Assembly: GCA_963822085.1 (NCBI GenBank) | Contig: CAWGGL010000047.1 | Coordinates: 89,891 to 153,890 of the forward strand | DNA from: an uncultured Pseudomonadota bacterium | Lineage (GTDB): Bacteria; Pseudomonadota; Alphaproteobacteria; Rhizobiales; Xanthobacteraceae | Direction of reading: 5' to 3' | Length of the DNA stretch: 64,000 nucleotides | Part shown: positions 56,065 to 64,000 of the stretch, in pieces | Numbering within the stretch: position 1 is the first letter of the stretch | How the letters are laid out: each line of letters begins with the position of its first letter | Notes under the pieces: model-generated | Told to the model about the DNA's origin: nothing | Seen by the model: the letters and a program-made list of their open reading frames with translations, nothing else | The model's database searches: none | Position numbers and translations under genes: made by a program

Positions 56065-57234
56065 TCAGTAAGACCGCGGCAGGCCAAGCACGTGCTCGGC
56101 GAGATAGGACAGGATCATGTTGGTGGAGATCGGCGCCACTTGGTAGAGCCGCGCCTCGCGGAACTTGCGTTCGACGTCGTATTCCTCGGCGAAGCCGAAG
56201 CCGCCGTGGGTCTGCACGCACATGTCGGCGGCGGCCCAGGAGGCATCGGCCGCCAAGAGCTTGGCCATGTTGGCCTGCTCGCCGATGTCCTCGCCGGCTT
56301 CGTAGCGGCGCGCGGCCTCGTGCACCATCAATTCGGCGGCGCGCATCTGCGCATAGGCGCGCGCGATCGGGAACTGCACGCCCTGGTTCTGACCGATAGG
56401 CCGGTCGAACAGCACGCGCTCCTTGGCGTAAGCGGTGGCCCTGTCGATGAACCACTTGGCGTCGCCGATGCATTCCGAGGCGATGAGAATGCGCTCGGCG
56501 TTCATGCCGGAGAGGATGTAGCGGAAGCCCTTACCTTCCTCGCCGATGAGGTTGTCCGCCGGCACCCGCAGATCGTCGAAGAAGATCTGCGTGGTGGCAT
56601 GGTTCATCATGGTGCGGATCGGCGTGATCGTCATGCTGGTGCCGAGCGCAAGCCGCATGTCGACCAGGAACACCGACAGGCCGTCGGTTCGCTTTTGCAC
56701 CTGCTCGCGCGGCGTCGTGCGCGCGAGCAGCAGCATGAGGTCGGAATGCTCGGCGCGCGAGGTCCAGATCTTCTGGCCGTTGATGACGTAATGGTCGCCT
56801 TCCTTGCGCGCGGTGGTGCGAAGGCTGAGCGTGTCGGTGCCCGAAGTCGGCTCGGTCACGCCGAAAGCCTGCAGGCGCAGTTCGCCGCTGGCGATCAGCG
56901 GCAGGTATTCTTCCTTCTGCGCCGCGCTGCCGTGCCGCAGGATGGTGCCCATGGTGTACATCTGGGCGTGGCAGGCGGCACCGTTGCCGCCAGCGTGGTG
57001 CACTTCTTCCAGGATCGCGGCGGCGGCGCCGATGCCGAGCCCGCTGCCGCCGAACTCTTCCGGAATGAGGGCAGCGAGATAGCCGGCTTCCGTCAGCGCG
57101 GCGACGAACTCGGTAGGATACGCGCGATGACGGTCAAGCGTGCGCCAATACTCGTCGGGGAACTTGGCGCAGAGCGCGCGAACGCCTTCGCGGATGTCGG
57201 CGTGGTCTTCATATTTGCTTTCGGCTTTCGCCAT
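56065..57234 (-). CDS. Acyl-CoA dehydrogenase
   Basis: FGVTEPTSGTD, INGQKIWT, QTHGGFGF..ERKFRE. Confidence 0.93.
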   Translation of the reverse strand: MAKAESKYEDHADIREGVRALCAKFPDEYWRTLDRHRAYPTEFVAALTEAGYLAALIPEEFGGSGLGIGAAAAILEEVHHAGGNGAACHAQMYTMGTILRHGSAAQKEEYLPLIASGELRLQAFGVTEPTSGTDTLSLRTTARKEGDHYVINGQKIWTSRAEHSDLMLLLARTTPREQVQKRTDGLSVFLVDMRLALGTSMTITPIRTMMNHATTQIFFDDLRVPADNLIGEEGKGFRYILSGMNAERILIASECIGDAKWFIDRATAYAKERVLFDRPIGQNQGVQFPIARAYAQMRAAELMVHEAARRYEAGEDIGEQANMAKLLAADASWAAADMCVQTHGGFGFAEEYDVERKFREARLYQVAPISTNMILSYLAEHVLGLPRSY

Positions 57235-57236
57235 AT

Positions 57237-58094
57237 TCAAATCACCTCCGCGCGACCATTGTTGATCGCCACCACATCGCGCTCGACGACGCGGGCGCGG
57301 AAACTCACGACCCCTCCGTCGCGCCAGATCTCGGTGCGGATGGTCTCGCCCGGGTAGACCGGCGCCGAAAAGCGCCCGGCCATGCTGGTGAACCGGGCGG
57401 GATCGTAGCCGCACACGTCGCGCAGCAAGGCATGCCCGGCGACGCCGAAGCTGGCAAGCCCGTGCAGGATCGGGCGCGGGAAGCCGGCGGAACGGGCGAA
57501 TTCCGGGTCGGCGTGCAACGGATTGACGTCGCCGGACAGGCGATACACCAGCGCCATTTCCGGCCGCGTCGACAGATCGACCACCGCGTCGGGCGCGCGC
57601 GCAGGCAATGCGTGCGGCGGCGGCGTCTCGCGTTTCGGGCCGCCGAAGCCGCCATCGGCACGGCAGAACGTGGTCTGGTTGATGGTCGCCAGCTCATCGC
57701 CCGTCGGCTTGTCGATGATCTTGCGCTCGGAATAAATGAGAGCGCCGCGTCCCTCGCCCTTGTCGACGACATCGAGGATACGGCTGCGGCCGATGACGGT
57801 GCCTTCCGGTGCGATCGGCCGGTGCAAAGCGACGCTGTGCTCGCCATGCACCACATGGCTCCAGGTGATGCCGAGCTCGGGCCGGCGTAGCACATAGGCG
57901 TTGTAGCCCATCACCACCGCGAAGGTGGGGAGCACCTTCAGGTTCTTCTCGTAGACGAAGGCGAGTTCGTCCTCGTTCACCGGATCCTGACCGAGACCGA
58001 CACCGAGCGCGTAGAGGATGCAATCGCGCGGACCGTAGGTGTGCTCGACGTCAGGGATATCGAGGGAGAGGAGTTTGTCGGGAGAGAGGGGCAT
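57237..58094 (-). CDS. MaoC/PaaZ-type double hot-dog enoyl-CoA hydratase/dehydratase
   Basis: ILYALGVG, VHGEH, YRLSGDVNPLHADP..PILHGL. Confidence 0.9.
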   Translation of the reverse strand: MPLSPDKLLSLDIPDVEHTYGPRDCILYALGVGLGQDPVNEDELAFVYEKNLKVLPTFAVVMGYNAYVLRRPELGITWSHVVHGEHSVALHRPIAPEGTVIGRSRILDVVDKGEGRGALIYSERKIIDKPTGDELATINQTTFCRADGGFGGPKRETPPPHALPARAPDAVVDLSTRPEMALVYRLSGDVNPLHADPEFARSAGFPRPILHGLASFGVAGHALLRDVCGYDPARFTSMAGRFSAPVYPGETIRTEIWRDGGVVSFRARVVERDVVAINNGRAEVI

Positions 58095-58109
58095 GGAGTC
58101 TCCAGGATC

Positions 58110-58235
58110 GTGTCCCGGATGCAGTGCAGCGCACAAACGGTGCACCACCGATCCGGGACCCCGGTGCTCTTAGCAGAAAGCTAGGTCCCGGGTCTGCAGC
58201 GCGTCATTTCATGCCGCGCTGCGCCCGGGAAGACG
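58110..58235. repeat. REP-like paired palindrome (family C)
   Basis: TGTCCCGGATGCAGTGCAGCG..GATCCGGGACC ... GGTCCCGGGTCTGCAGCG..CGCTGCGCCCGGGA. Confidence 0.8.
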
Positions 58236-58237
58236 CG

Positions 58238-59341
58238 CTAGCCCCACACCTCTTCCGAAATCTCTACGATCATGCGCAGCTTGGCCCACTGCTCTTCCTC
58301 GGCCAGCACGTTGCCTTCCTCGGTCGATGAGAAGCCGCACTGCGGCGACAGGCAGAGCTGCTCGAGGTCGACATACTTGGTCGCCTCTTCGATGCGCTTC
58401 TTGATCTCGTCGCGCGACTCCAACTTGCCACTCTTCGAGGTGACGAGGCCGAGCACAAGTTGCTTCTCGCCCTTGGGGAAGAAGCGCAAGGGCTCGAAGC
58501 CGCCGGCGCGGTCGGTGTCGTACTCCAGGAAATAGCCGTCGAAATTGGTGTTACCGAGCAATTGCTCGGCAACGAATTCATAGCCGCCCGAGGCGATGAA
58601 AGTGGAGCGGAAGTTGCCGCGACAGGAATGCATGGTGATGGTCATGTCGGCGGGCTTATCGGCAAGCGCCGCGTTGGTGAGCTCAGCATAGATCGCCGGC
58701 AGCTTGTCGGGATCGTCGCCGCGCTTGGCCGATTCCTCGCGCTCGTGCGGATCGCAGGCCATCGCCCAGGCGGTGTCGTCGAGCTGCAGGTAGCGGCAGC
58801 CGGCGTCGTAGAAGGCATGGATCGCCTTCTTCCAGGCGGCGGCAGTGTCGGCGAAGAAATCATCGAGATTGGGATAGGCCGCCTTGCTCACCATCTTGCG
58901 GCCCTGGCGGAAGTGAAACGTGCTCGGCGCCGGGATGCACATCTTGGGCGTGACGTTGCAATGCGCCTTCAGGAATTTGAAATGCTCGATCTGCGCATGG
59001 CCGACGAAATCGACCTTGCGGTTGATCTCGATGGCCTGGCTCTTGGTCACCACGCCGTGGAACTTGATCGGCGGCGCTTCGATCAGATCGACGCCCGCAA
59101 GCCCCGTGAAGAAATCGAAGTGCCACCAGGACCGTCGGAATTCGCCATCGGTCGCAAGCTTGAGACCGACCTCCTGCTGCTTCTTCACGACGGCTTCGAT
59201 CTCGCGGTCCTCGACTGCCTTCAGCGCGGCATCGTCGATCTCGCCCTTTTCGTGCTTGGCGCGCGCTTCCTTCAGCGCCGCCGGGCGCAACAGGCTACCG
59301 ACGTGGTCGGCGCGGAAGGGCGGCTTGGTGCGTTGGGTCAT
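58238..59341 (-). CDS. Short cobalamin-independent methionine synthase-like protein (MetE C-terminal domain only), copy 1
   Basis: PFRADHVGSLLRP, TDGEFRR, YLQLDD, Zn ligands HSCRGN / FLEYD / SPQCGF. Confidence 0.9.
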   Translation of the reverse strand: MTQRTKPPFRADHVGSLLRPAALKEARAKHEKGEIDDAALKAVEDREIEAVVKKQQEVGLKLATDGEFRRSWWHFDFFTGLAGVDLIEAPPIKFHGVVTKSQAIEINRKVDFVGHAQIEHFKFLKAHCNVTPKMCIPAPSTFHFRQGRKMVSKAAYPNLDDFFADTAAAWKKAIHAFYDAGCRYLQLDDTAWAMACDPHEREESAKRGDDPDKLPAIYAELTNAALADKPADMTITMHSCRGNFRSTFIASGGYEFVAEQLLGNTNFDGYFLEYDTDRAGGFEPLRFFPKGEKQLVLGLVTSKSGKLESRDEIKKRIEEATKYVDLEQLCLSPQCGFSSTEEGNVLAEEEQWAKLRMIVEISEEVWG

Positions 59342-59400
59342 TGATTTTACTCCCGGAGGGTCTTCTTGTTGGCCGGGTCTTACGCCGGCTCTTGCGCTCG

Positions 59401-59516
59401 GTCATGGCCGGCTATGACCGATCACCGATCTTGGCCCAGCCATCCAGCTTGAGGCGGCACCGCCTCTTAAGCGGGGTCACCGGGTCACGGCGCTAACGCG
59501 CCGGCCCGGTGATGAC
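59401..59516. repeat. Degenerate REP-like palindromes (family A)
   Basis: GTCATGGCCGGCTATGAC ... GTCACCGGG..CCCGGTGATGAC. Confidence 0.6.
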
Positions 59517-59545
59517 AGCATACTTTGATATTTTGGGAGAGAAAA

Positions 59546-60655
59546 CTACTTCCCCCAAACCTCTTGCGAGATTTCGACGATTGCCTTGAGCTTGGCCCAC
59601 ATCTCTTCCTCGGCCAGCACGTTGCCTTCCTCGGTGGAGGCGAAGCCGCACTGCGGCGACAGGCAAAGCTGGTCGAGATCGACGAACTTGGTCGCTTCCT
59701 GGATGCGCTTCTTGATGTCCTCACGCGGCTCGAGCGCGCCCTGCTTCGAAGTGACGAGGCCGAGCACGACGATCTTGTTCCCCTTGGGCAGGAAGCGCAG
59801 CGGCTCGAAGCCACCGGCGCGATCGGTGTCGTATTCCAGGAAGTAGCCGTCGTAATTGCACTTGGCCAACAAGGTCTCAGCCACCGGCTCGTAACCGCCG
59901 GACGAGATAAAGGTCGAACGGAAGTTACCGCGGCAGACATGGGTGGTGATGGTCATGTCGGCGGGCTTGGCTTCCAGCGCCTTGTTGATGCACTTCGCGT
60001 AGAATTCCTGCAGATGATCGACGTCGAGGCCGCGGTCGCGCGCCTTCTGCAGCTCGGCTTCCGAGCAGAGGTATGCCCAGGCCGTGTCGTCGAACTGCAG
60101 ATAGCGGCAGCCGGCGGCGTAGAACGCCTTGATCGCGTCCTGATAGGCGACCGCGAGATCGTCGAAGATCGCGTCGCGGCTGGCATAGGCTTCCTTACTC
60201 ACCGCATTCGGCTCAAGCCGGAAGTGGAAGGTCGACGGCGCCGGGATGCACATTTTCGGCGTCTGCTTGGTGTGCGCCTTCAAGAACTTGAAGTGCTCGA
60301 TCATCGGGTGGTTGGAAAAACCGATCTTGCCGGTGACCTTGATCGAGCGCGGCTTGGTCTGGACGCCCGCGAACTGAATGCCGTGGTCGAGCTCGTAGAT
60401 CTCGACATTGTCCATCATGCCGTAGAAATCGAAGTGCCACCACGAGCGGCGGAACTCGCCGTCGGTGATCGCCTTCAGGCCGACTTCTTCCTGCTTGGCA
60501 ATGATCTTGATGATCTCGGCGTCTTCGACCGCCTTGAGCTGGGCATCGGTGATCTCGCCTTTTTCATGCTTGGCGCGCGCGTCCTTGATCGGCGCGGTGC
60601 GCAGGATGCTGCCGACGTGGTCGGCGCGGAAAGGCGGTTTGGTCCGTTGCGTCAT
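59546..60655 (-). CDS. Short cobalamin-independent methionine synthase-like protein, copy 2
   Basis: PFRADHVGSILR, TDGEFRR, YLQFDD, HVCRGN / FLEYD / SPQCGF. Confidence 0.9.
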   Translation of the reverse strand: MTQRTKPPFRADHVGSILRTAPIKDARAKHEKGEITDAQLKAVEDAEIIKIIAKQEEVGLKAITDGEFRRSWWHFDFYGMMDNVEIYELDHGIQFAGVQTKPRSIKVTGKIGFSNHPMIEHFKFLKAHTKQTPKMCIPAPSTFHFRLEPNAVSKEAYASRDAIFDDLAVAYQDAIKAFYAAGCRYLQFDDTAWAYLCSEAELQKARDRGLDVDHLQEFYAKCINKALEAKPADMTITTHVCRGNFRSTFISSGGYEPVAETLLAKCNYDGYFLEYDTDRAGGFEPLRFLPKGNKIVVLGLVTSKQGALEPREDIKKRIQEATKFVDLDQLCLSPQCGFASTEEGNVLAEEEMWAKLKAIVEISQEVWGK

Positions 60656-60703
60656 ATTTTCCTCCGCAAGTGGGCCGCCCAGCGCCGAAATGCGCGGGCA
60701 GGC

Positions 60704-61609
60704 TTAATTCGGGTGAGCCATAGCACGATGGGCATCGTGCCGTCCTGCAGCGGCTTCGCACGCGTAGCGCGCGGTTTCAACTGTTCCGCCGAAGGAAAAA
60801 TAATGCAGAGCAATATCGCCCAAATCTTCAGCCGCCGACAGCGCATCGACGATACGGCCGGGCCCGACATGGCCGATCAGGCCGGTGGCGGCACCGGAGA
60901 CGAGCCCGCGCAGGGAGGCATTCACACCGCAGCGGCGGGCAAAGCGTAACAGCCCCGGCACACTGGTCGGGCCCACCAGACCGACCCGCACCGGCCACTT
61001 GATACCGCAGCCGCGCAATTGCCGCAGCCAGGCGAGAATGCTGTCGGGCGAGAACGAGAACTGGCTCACGATGTGGACGCGCAGCCCTTGCGCCACGGCA
61101 AGCGCGATCTTCTCGTCGAGCGCGGCTTCGAGGCGTCCCGGCGCAATGCGCGGATGCGGCTCGGGATAACTGCCGATGCCGATCTCCTCGAAGCCGAGGC
61201 CGCGCAAGTTGCCCTGCCGAATCACCGAGAGTGCATCGGGCAGCGGGCCCGTACTGTCGACGTCGCCGCCGATAACCAGCAGCCGCCGCACGTCGGCCTC
61301 TTCGCGCAAGCCACGCAGAAGGTCATGCATCAGGTCGAGGCTCGCAATCCGGCGAGCGGCGACATGAGCGACCGGCTCGAGGCCCGCCCGGCGCAAGCGC
61401 GCGGCCGACCGGATCTGTTCGGCTGCGGACTGGCTCGGCACCGCAGTGACGTAGACCATGGTGCCGGGCGGCACGGTATCCGCAAGGCGCGCGACCTCGT
61501 CGGCGCTCGGCCGGGTGGCTTCGAGCGAGAAGCCCTGCGCCACGTTGCGCGGTCCGGGCGCCGTAGCGGGCGCGATGTCGACCGTCATGAGATCCTCCAC
61601 GGCGCTCAC
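60704..61609 (-). CDS. metF: Methylenetetrahydrofolate reductase-like flavoprotein (divergent MetF)
   Basis: FSLE, PVAHVAARR, LVIGGD, GSYPEPHP, LDEK, IVSQFSF; GTGA overlap with the upstream gene (alternative ATG 61588). Confidence 0.78.
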   Translation of the reverse strand: MSAVEDLMTVDIAPATAPGPRNVAQGFSLEATRPSADEVARLADTVPPGTMVYVTAVPSQSAAEQIRSAARLRRAGLEPVAHVAARRIASLDLMHDLLRGLREEADVRRLLVIGGDVDSTGPLPDALSVIRQGNLRGLGFEEIGIGSYPEPHPRIAPGRLEAALDEKIALAVAQGLRVHIVSQFSFSPDSILAWLRQLRGCGIKWPVRVGLVGPTSVPGLLRFARRCGVNASLRGLVSGAATGLIGHVGPGRIVDALSAAEDLGDIALHYFSFGGTVETARYACEAAAGRHDAHRAMAHPN

Positions 61610-63051
61610 TCCCTACGGCGCGAGATAACGAAGGATTCGTCGTAGAACCAGAGCCCACCGTTCTTCTGCAGCACCTCGCGCGTGGCATCGATGTAGCGAC
61701 GGTCGCTGTTGACGTCCGAGAGCCGGTCGTCCTCGACCTGCGCCACGTAGATCGCCGCATTCCAGGCCGCGAGCAGCGTGGACGTGCCGATCGACGAGCC
61801 TGCCTCCGAGGAGATTTCCGACGGCAGCGTGTGCATGACGTAGCGGAACAGCGAGCGCTGGTCGGAATAGGCGTTGAAGTTGAGGTCCCGGCCGGCGGGA
61901 CCCAGCTCGTGCTTCACTTCCTTGAGCAGGTCGTGGCGGCTGTGGGCGAACGGATCGTCGGCCGGCCAGACCTTATGGATGATCTCCATGCCCGGATCGT
62001 GACCGTAGGAATGGATGGCGATCATGCGCCCGCCCGGCCCGATGGCGCGGGCAAGCGGCGCCAACACGCGCTTGGCCTTGAACTGCAGCGACGCGCGCGC
62101 ACGATAGGGCTGCGAGGCGATCACCAGGTCGTAGTCGGCGACGGTACCGCCCGGCTTGGGGATGATCTGGTCGAGCAGGAAACGGTGATCGTTGCGGTAG
62201 ATCACCAGAATGACCGGGCGCTCGTAGATCGGGTTGCCGCTCTTCGGCGACACGCCCGCCTTCCAGGCTTCCGCCAGGAACGGCTCCAGATCGGTGATCT
62301 GCTTTTCGAAGGCGTGGGCACTGCTGCCGTCCATCGCCAGCTCTTTCCAGATCAGGCTGGAGGCGGCGGACAGCGACTTCACCGCCAGCCACGGCGCCTC
62401 GGCATAGGCGAGATTGGTCAGAACAAGCACGGTCGAGGGATGCTCGACGAAGCGGTCCGCCATCTTGTGCAGGGTGAGCCGCACATCCTCCAGGCTGATT
62501 TCCTTGCCGGCGATGTAGAACGGCATGGTGGGGAAGCGATCGTGCATCGTGCGCATGACACGCGCGAGCACGGTGCCGTCGCCGACGCCGGCGTCGAACA
62601 CGCGTACCGCCGGCGGGTGCGGATGGATGTTGGCGAGCTCGAGGCCGACGCGGTTGGCGACCTCCCACTTCTCCGAGCAGGTGTTCACGAACAGCAGATA
62701 TTTCTGCCGGTTATCGAAGAAGCGGAAATTGCGGGTGGGATCGTCGCTCGCCTGTCCCGATGCGACCGGCGGCGCCGGCTCGGTGATCTGCGGCAATGTC
62801 TGCGTTGACGACGGCTGCGCGGGCGGTGGCGGCGATGGCTCGAACAGAATACGGCGGCGCGCCGGCTCGCCGTCGGCGTTGTTGGCCATGAAAGCGCGGA
62901 TGCGTTCGAGAGTGTCGGTGGTGATGCGGCCGCCGTTGCGCAGGCGGCTGGCGAGCTTGCCGTCATTGACCGCGCGGCGGCCGAACGTGGATTCGGCAAG
63001 ACCGCGCTGGCGGCAGAAATCGCTGATCTCTTGAAGGATTTGCTCGTTCAT
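61606..63051 (-). CDS. Uncharacterised fusion: N-terminal Cro/XRE-like HTH + Pro-rich linker + class I SAM-methyltransferase-like domain
   Basis: ILQEISDFCRQRGLAESTFGRRAVNDGKLASRLRNGGRITTDTLERIRAFM (HTH-like); VRVFDAGVGDG (motif I); GKEIS; YDLVIASQPY; SD GAGGGG upstream of ATG 63051. Confidence 0.8.
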   Translation of the reverse strand: MNEQILQEISDFCRQRGLAESTFGRRAVNDGKLASRLRNGGRITTDTLERIRAFMANNADGEPARRRILFEPSPPPPAQPSSTQTLPQITEPAPPVASGQASDDPTRNFRFFDNRQKYLLFVNTCSEKWEVANRVGLELANIHPHPPAVRVFDAGVGDGTVLARVMRTMHDRFPTMPFYIAGKEISLEDVRLTLHKMADRFVEHPSTVLVLTNLAYAEAPWLAVKSLSAASSLIWKELAMDGSSAHAFEKQITDLEPFLAEAWKAGVSPKSGNPIYERPVILVIYRNDHRFLLDQIIPKPGGTVADYDLVIASQPYRARASLQFKAKRVLAPLARAIGPGGRMIAIHSYGHDPGMEIIHKVWPADDPFAHSRHDLLKEVKHELGPAGRDLNFNAYSDQRSLFRYVMHTLPSEISSEAGSSIGTSTLLAAWNAAIYVAQVEDDRLSDVNSDRRYIDATREVLQKNGGLWFYDESFVISRRRE

Positions 63052-63311
63052 GAGCTCTACCCCTCGTTCCTGGTGCGTTTCCCGATTCGGCTCTTGACGA
63101 CCGAACTGTTGGTCAAGCGAACCAAGGCGCGCGGGCGACGTCAACCACAAAACGCTATTGGGAAAAGTTGGGCAGAGTGGGTGGGACGCCCGATCGGCGG
63201 CAATCCTACTAAAACTGATCTCTTTGGTGCTGAAAAATTTTGCGGGCGGCACGGCATCCGGGGTCAGATGTACGGGCATCGGCCCACTAGCAAACCAAAA
63301 TAGATCGGCGA

Positions 63312-63336
63312 AAGTGGGCAGTCCGACTGCCCGCTT
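63312..63336. promoter_or_regulatory. Near-perfect palindrome upstream of the HTH-MTase gene (operator or terminator candidate)
   Basis: AAGTGGGCAGTC-C-GACTGCCCGCTT (11/12 match). Confidence 0.4.
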
Positions 63337-63361
63337 CCGCCCCTATATCGATCGCAAACGG

Positions 63362-63553
63362 CTGGATTTCGAAGAAGCCCGTCTCGTTATCGCCCTGGGC
63401 CCGGATGTCGAAGCGGTACACGGCCCGCCGGCCCTTCGACTCCTTGTGGGCAATGAGCGTCCCACGCCGGTCAGCCGGCACCGGCGCCAGGATGGGATCG
63501 GACGCGCTGGCCTTCTCGTCCGAAAAAATACGGCCGCGTATAGACCTGCCCAG
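63362..63553 (-). pseudogene. pcaG: Decayed C-terminal fragment of protocatechuate 3,4-dioxygenase alpha subunit
   Basis: Minus strand QVYTRPYF/(frameshift)SDEKASASDPILAPVPADRRGTLIAHKESKGRRAVYRFDIRAQGDNETGFFEI; CAG where PcaG's stop would be; no N-terminal part. Confidence 0.75.
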
Positions 63554-63601
63554 CTTACTACCCGAACCGATCGAAGACCCAACGTCGACGATCGAGCGCC
63601 G

Positions 63602-64000
63602 TCAGGCGTGCGCCTTGCGCTGCGGATCGACGATCTGCTCCAGCTTACCGAGCACGTGCATGCAGGGCAGCAACTGGGCGAGGCTGCCATTCGGTTCGCG
63701 CTTTTCCTTGATGGCAGCGATGAACTCGCGGTCCTCCAGCTCGATGCCGTCCATCGAGACATCGACCTTGGAGACATCGATCGGCTCGTTCTTGCCGTCG
63801 AACAGGTCGTCGTAACGGGCGAGGAAGGTGCCGTTGTCGCAGATGTAGCGAAAGAACGAGCCGAGCGGTCCATCATTGTTGAACGACAGCGACAGCGTCA
63901 GGATCGCCCCGGACGGCGTTTTCGCCACGATGCCCATGTCCATGGCGATCTTGAGCTCGGGATGCGGCGGCCCCTGCACCGCGTAGCAATCCGAAATGGT
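63602..64000 (-). CDS. ligC: Gfo/Idh/MocA oxidoreductase, LigC/PmdC-like 4-carboxy-2-hydroxymuconate-6-semialdehyde dehydrogenase (C-terminal part, truncated by window)
   Basis: QGPPHPELKIAMDM..TLSLSFNNDGPLGSFFRYICDNGTFLARYDDL..GIELEDREFIAAIKEKREPN. Confidence 0.8.
   Translation of the reverse strand, partial: TISDCYAVQGPPHPELKIAMDMGIVAKTPSGAILTLSLSFNNDGPLGSFFRYICDNGTFLARYDDLFDGKNEPIDVSKVDVSMDGIELEDREFIAAIKEKREPNGSLAQLLPCMHVLGKLEQIVDPQRKAHA

Noticed and set aside
63051-63360. SAM-II, SAM-SAH or cobalamin riboswitch upstream of the methionine genes
   Set aside because: I could not recognise the consensus elements by eye; an Rfam scan is needed to exclude it formally.
63287-63481. 64-aa ORF as a real small protein
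   Set aside because: It is better explained as the pcaG relic reading past its lost stop codon.

Overview
This is a high-GC alphaproteobacterial chromosome segment. Gene order and repeat families suggest Hyphomicrobiales (Xanthobacteraceae/Nitrobacteraceae-like), which is an inference. Most of it is housekeeping: xerD, accA, secA, argJ, mutT, grxC, ubiG, lysC, ptsP, prfA, prmC, gloB, phaA/phaB/phaR, ggt, rpmF, mtgA, ispA, ispG, zur, bdhA and a MarR-EmrAB efflux locus. Many REP-like palindromic repeats lie between genes. I found no tRNA, rRNA, CRISPR array, transposase or prophage. The most interesting items are: (1) a minus-strand one-carbon/methionine module (58.2-63.1 kb) led by an uncharacterised Cro/XRE-like HTH + SAM-methyltransferase fusion, coupled to a divergent MTHFR and two tandem short MetE-like enzymes, next to a ligC-like gene and an unannotated decayed pcaG fragment; (2) a ~310-nt almost fully base-paired multibranch element at 42.84-43.15 kb whose hairpin loops repeat a (G)GCG motif; (3) a DUF2946 CxxC/RGPP leader ahead of a copper chaperone; (4) three genes each broken by one extra base, probably assembly errors; (5) CtrA-like boxes ahead of dispersed Tad/Flp and CheY genes. 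All product calls come from motif recognition in the translations, not from database searches.
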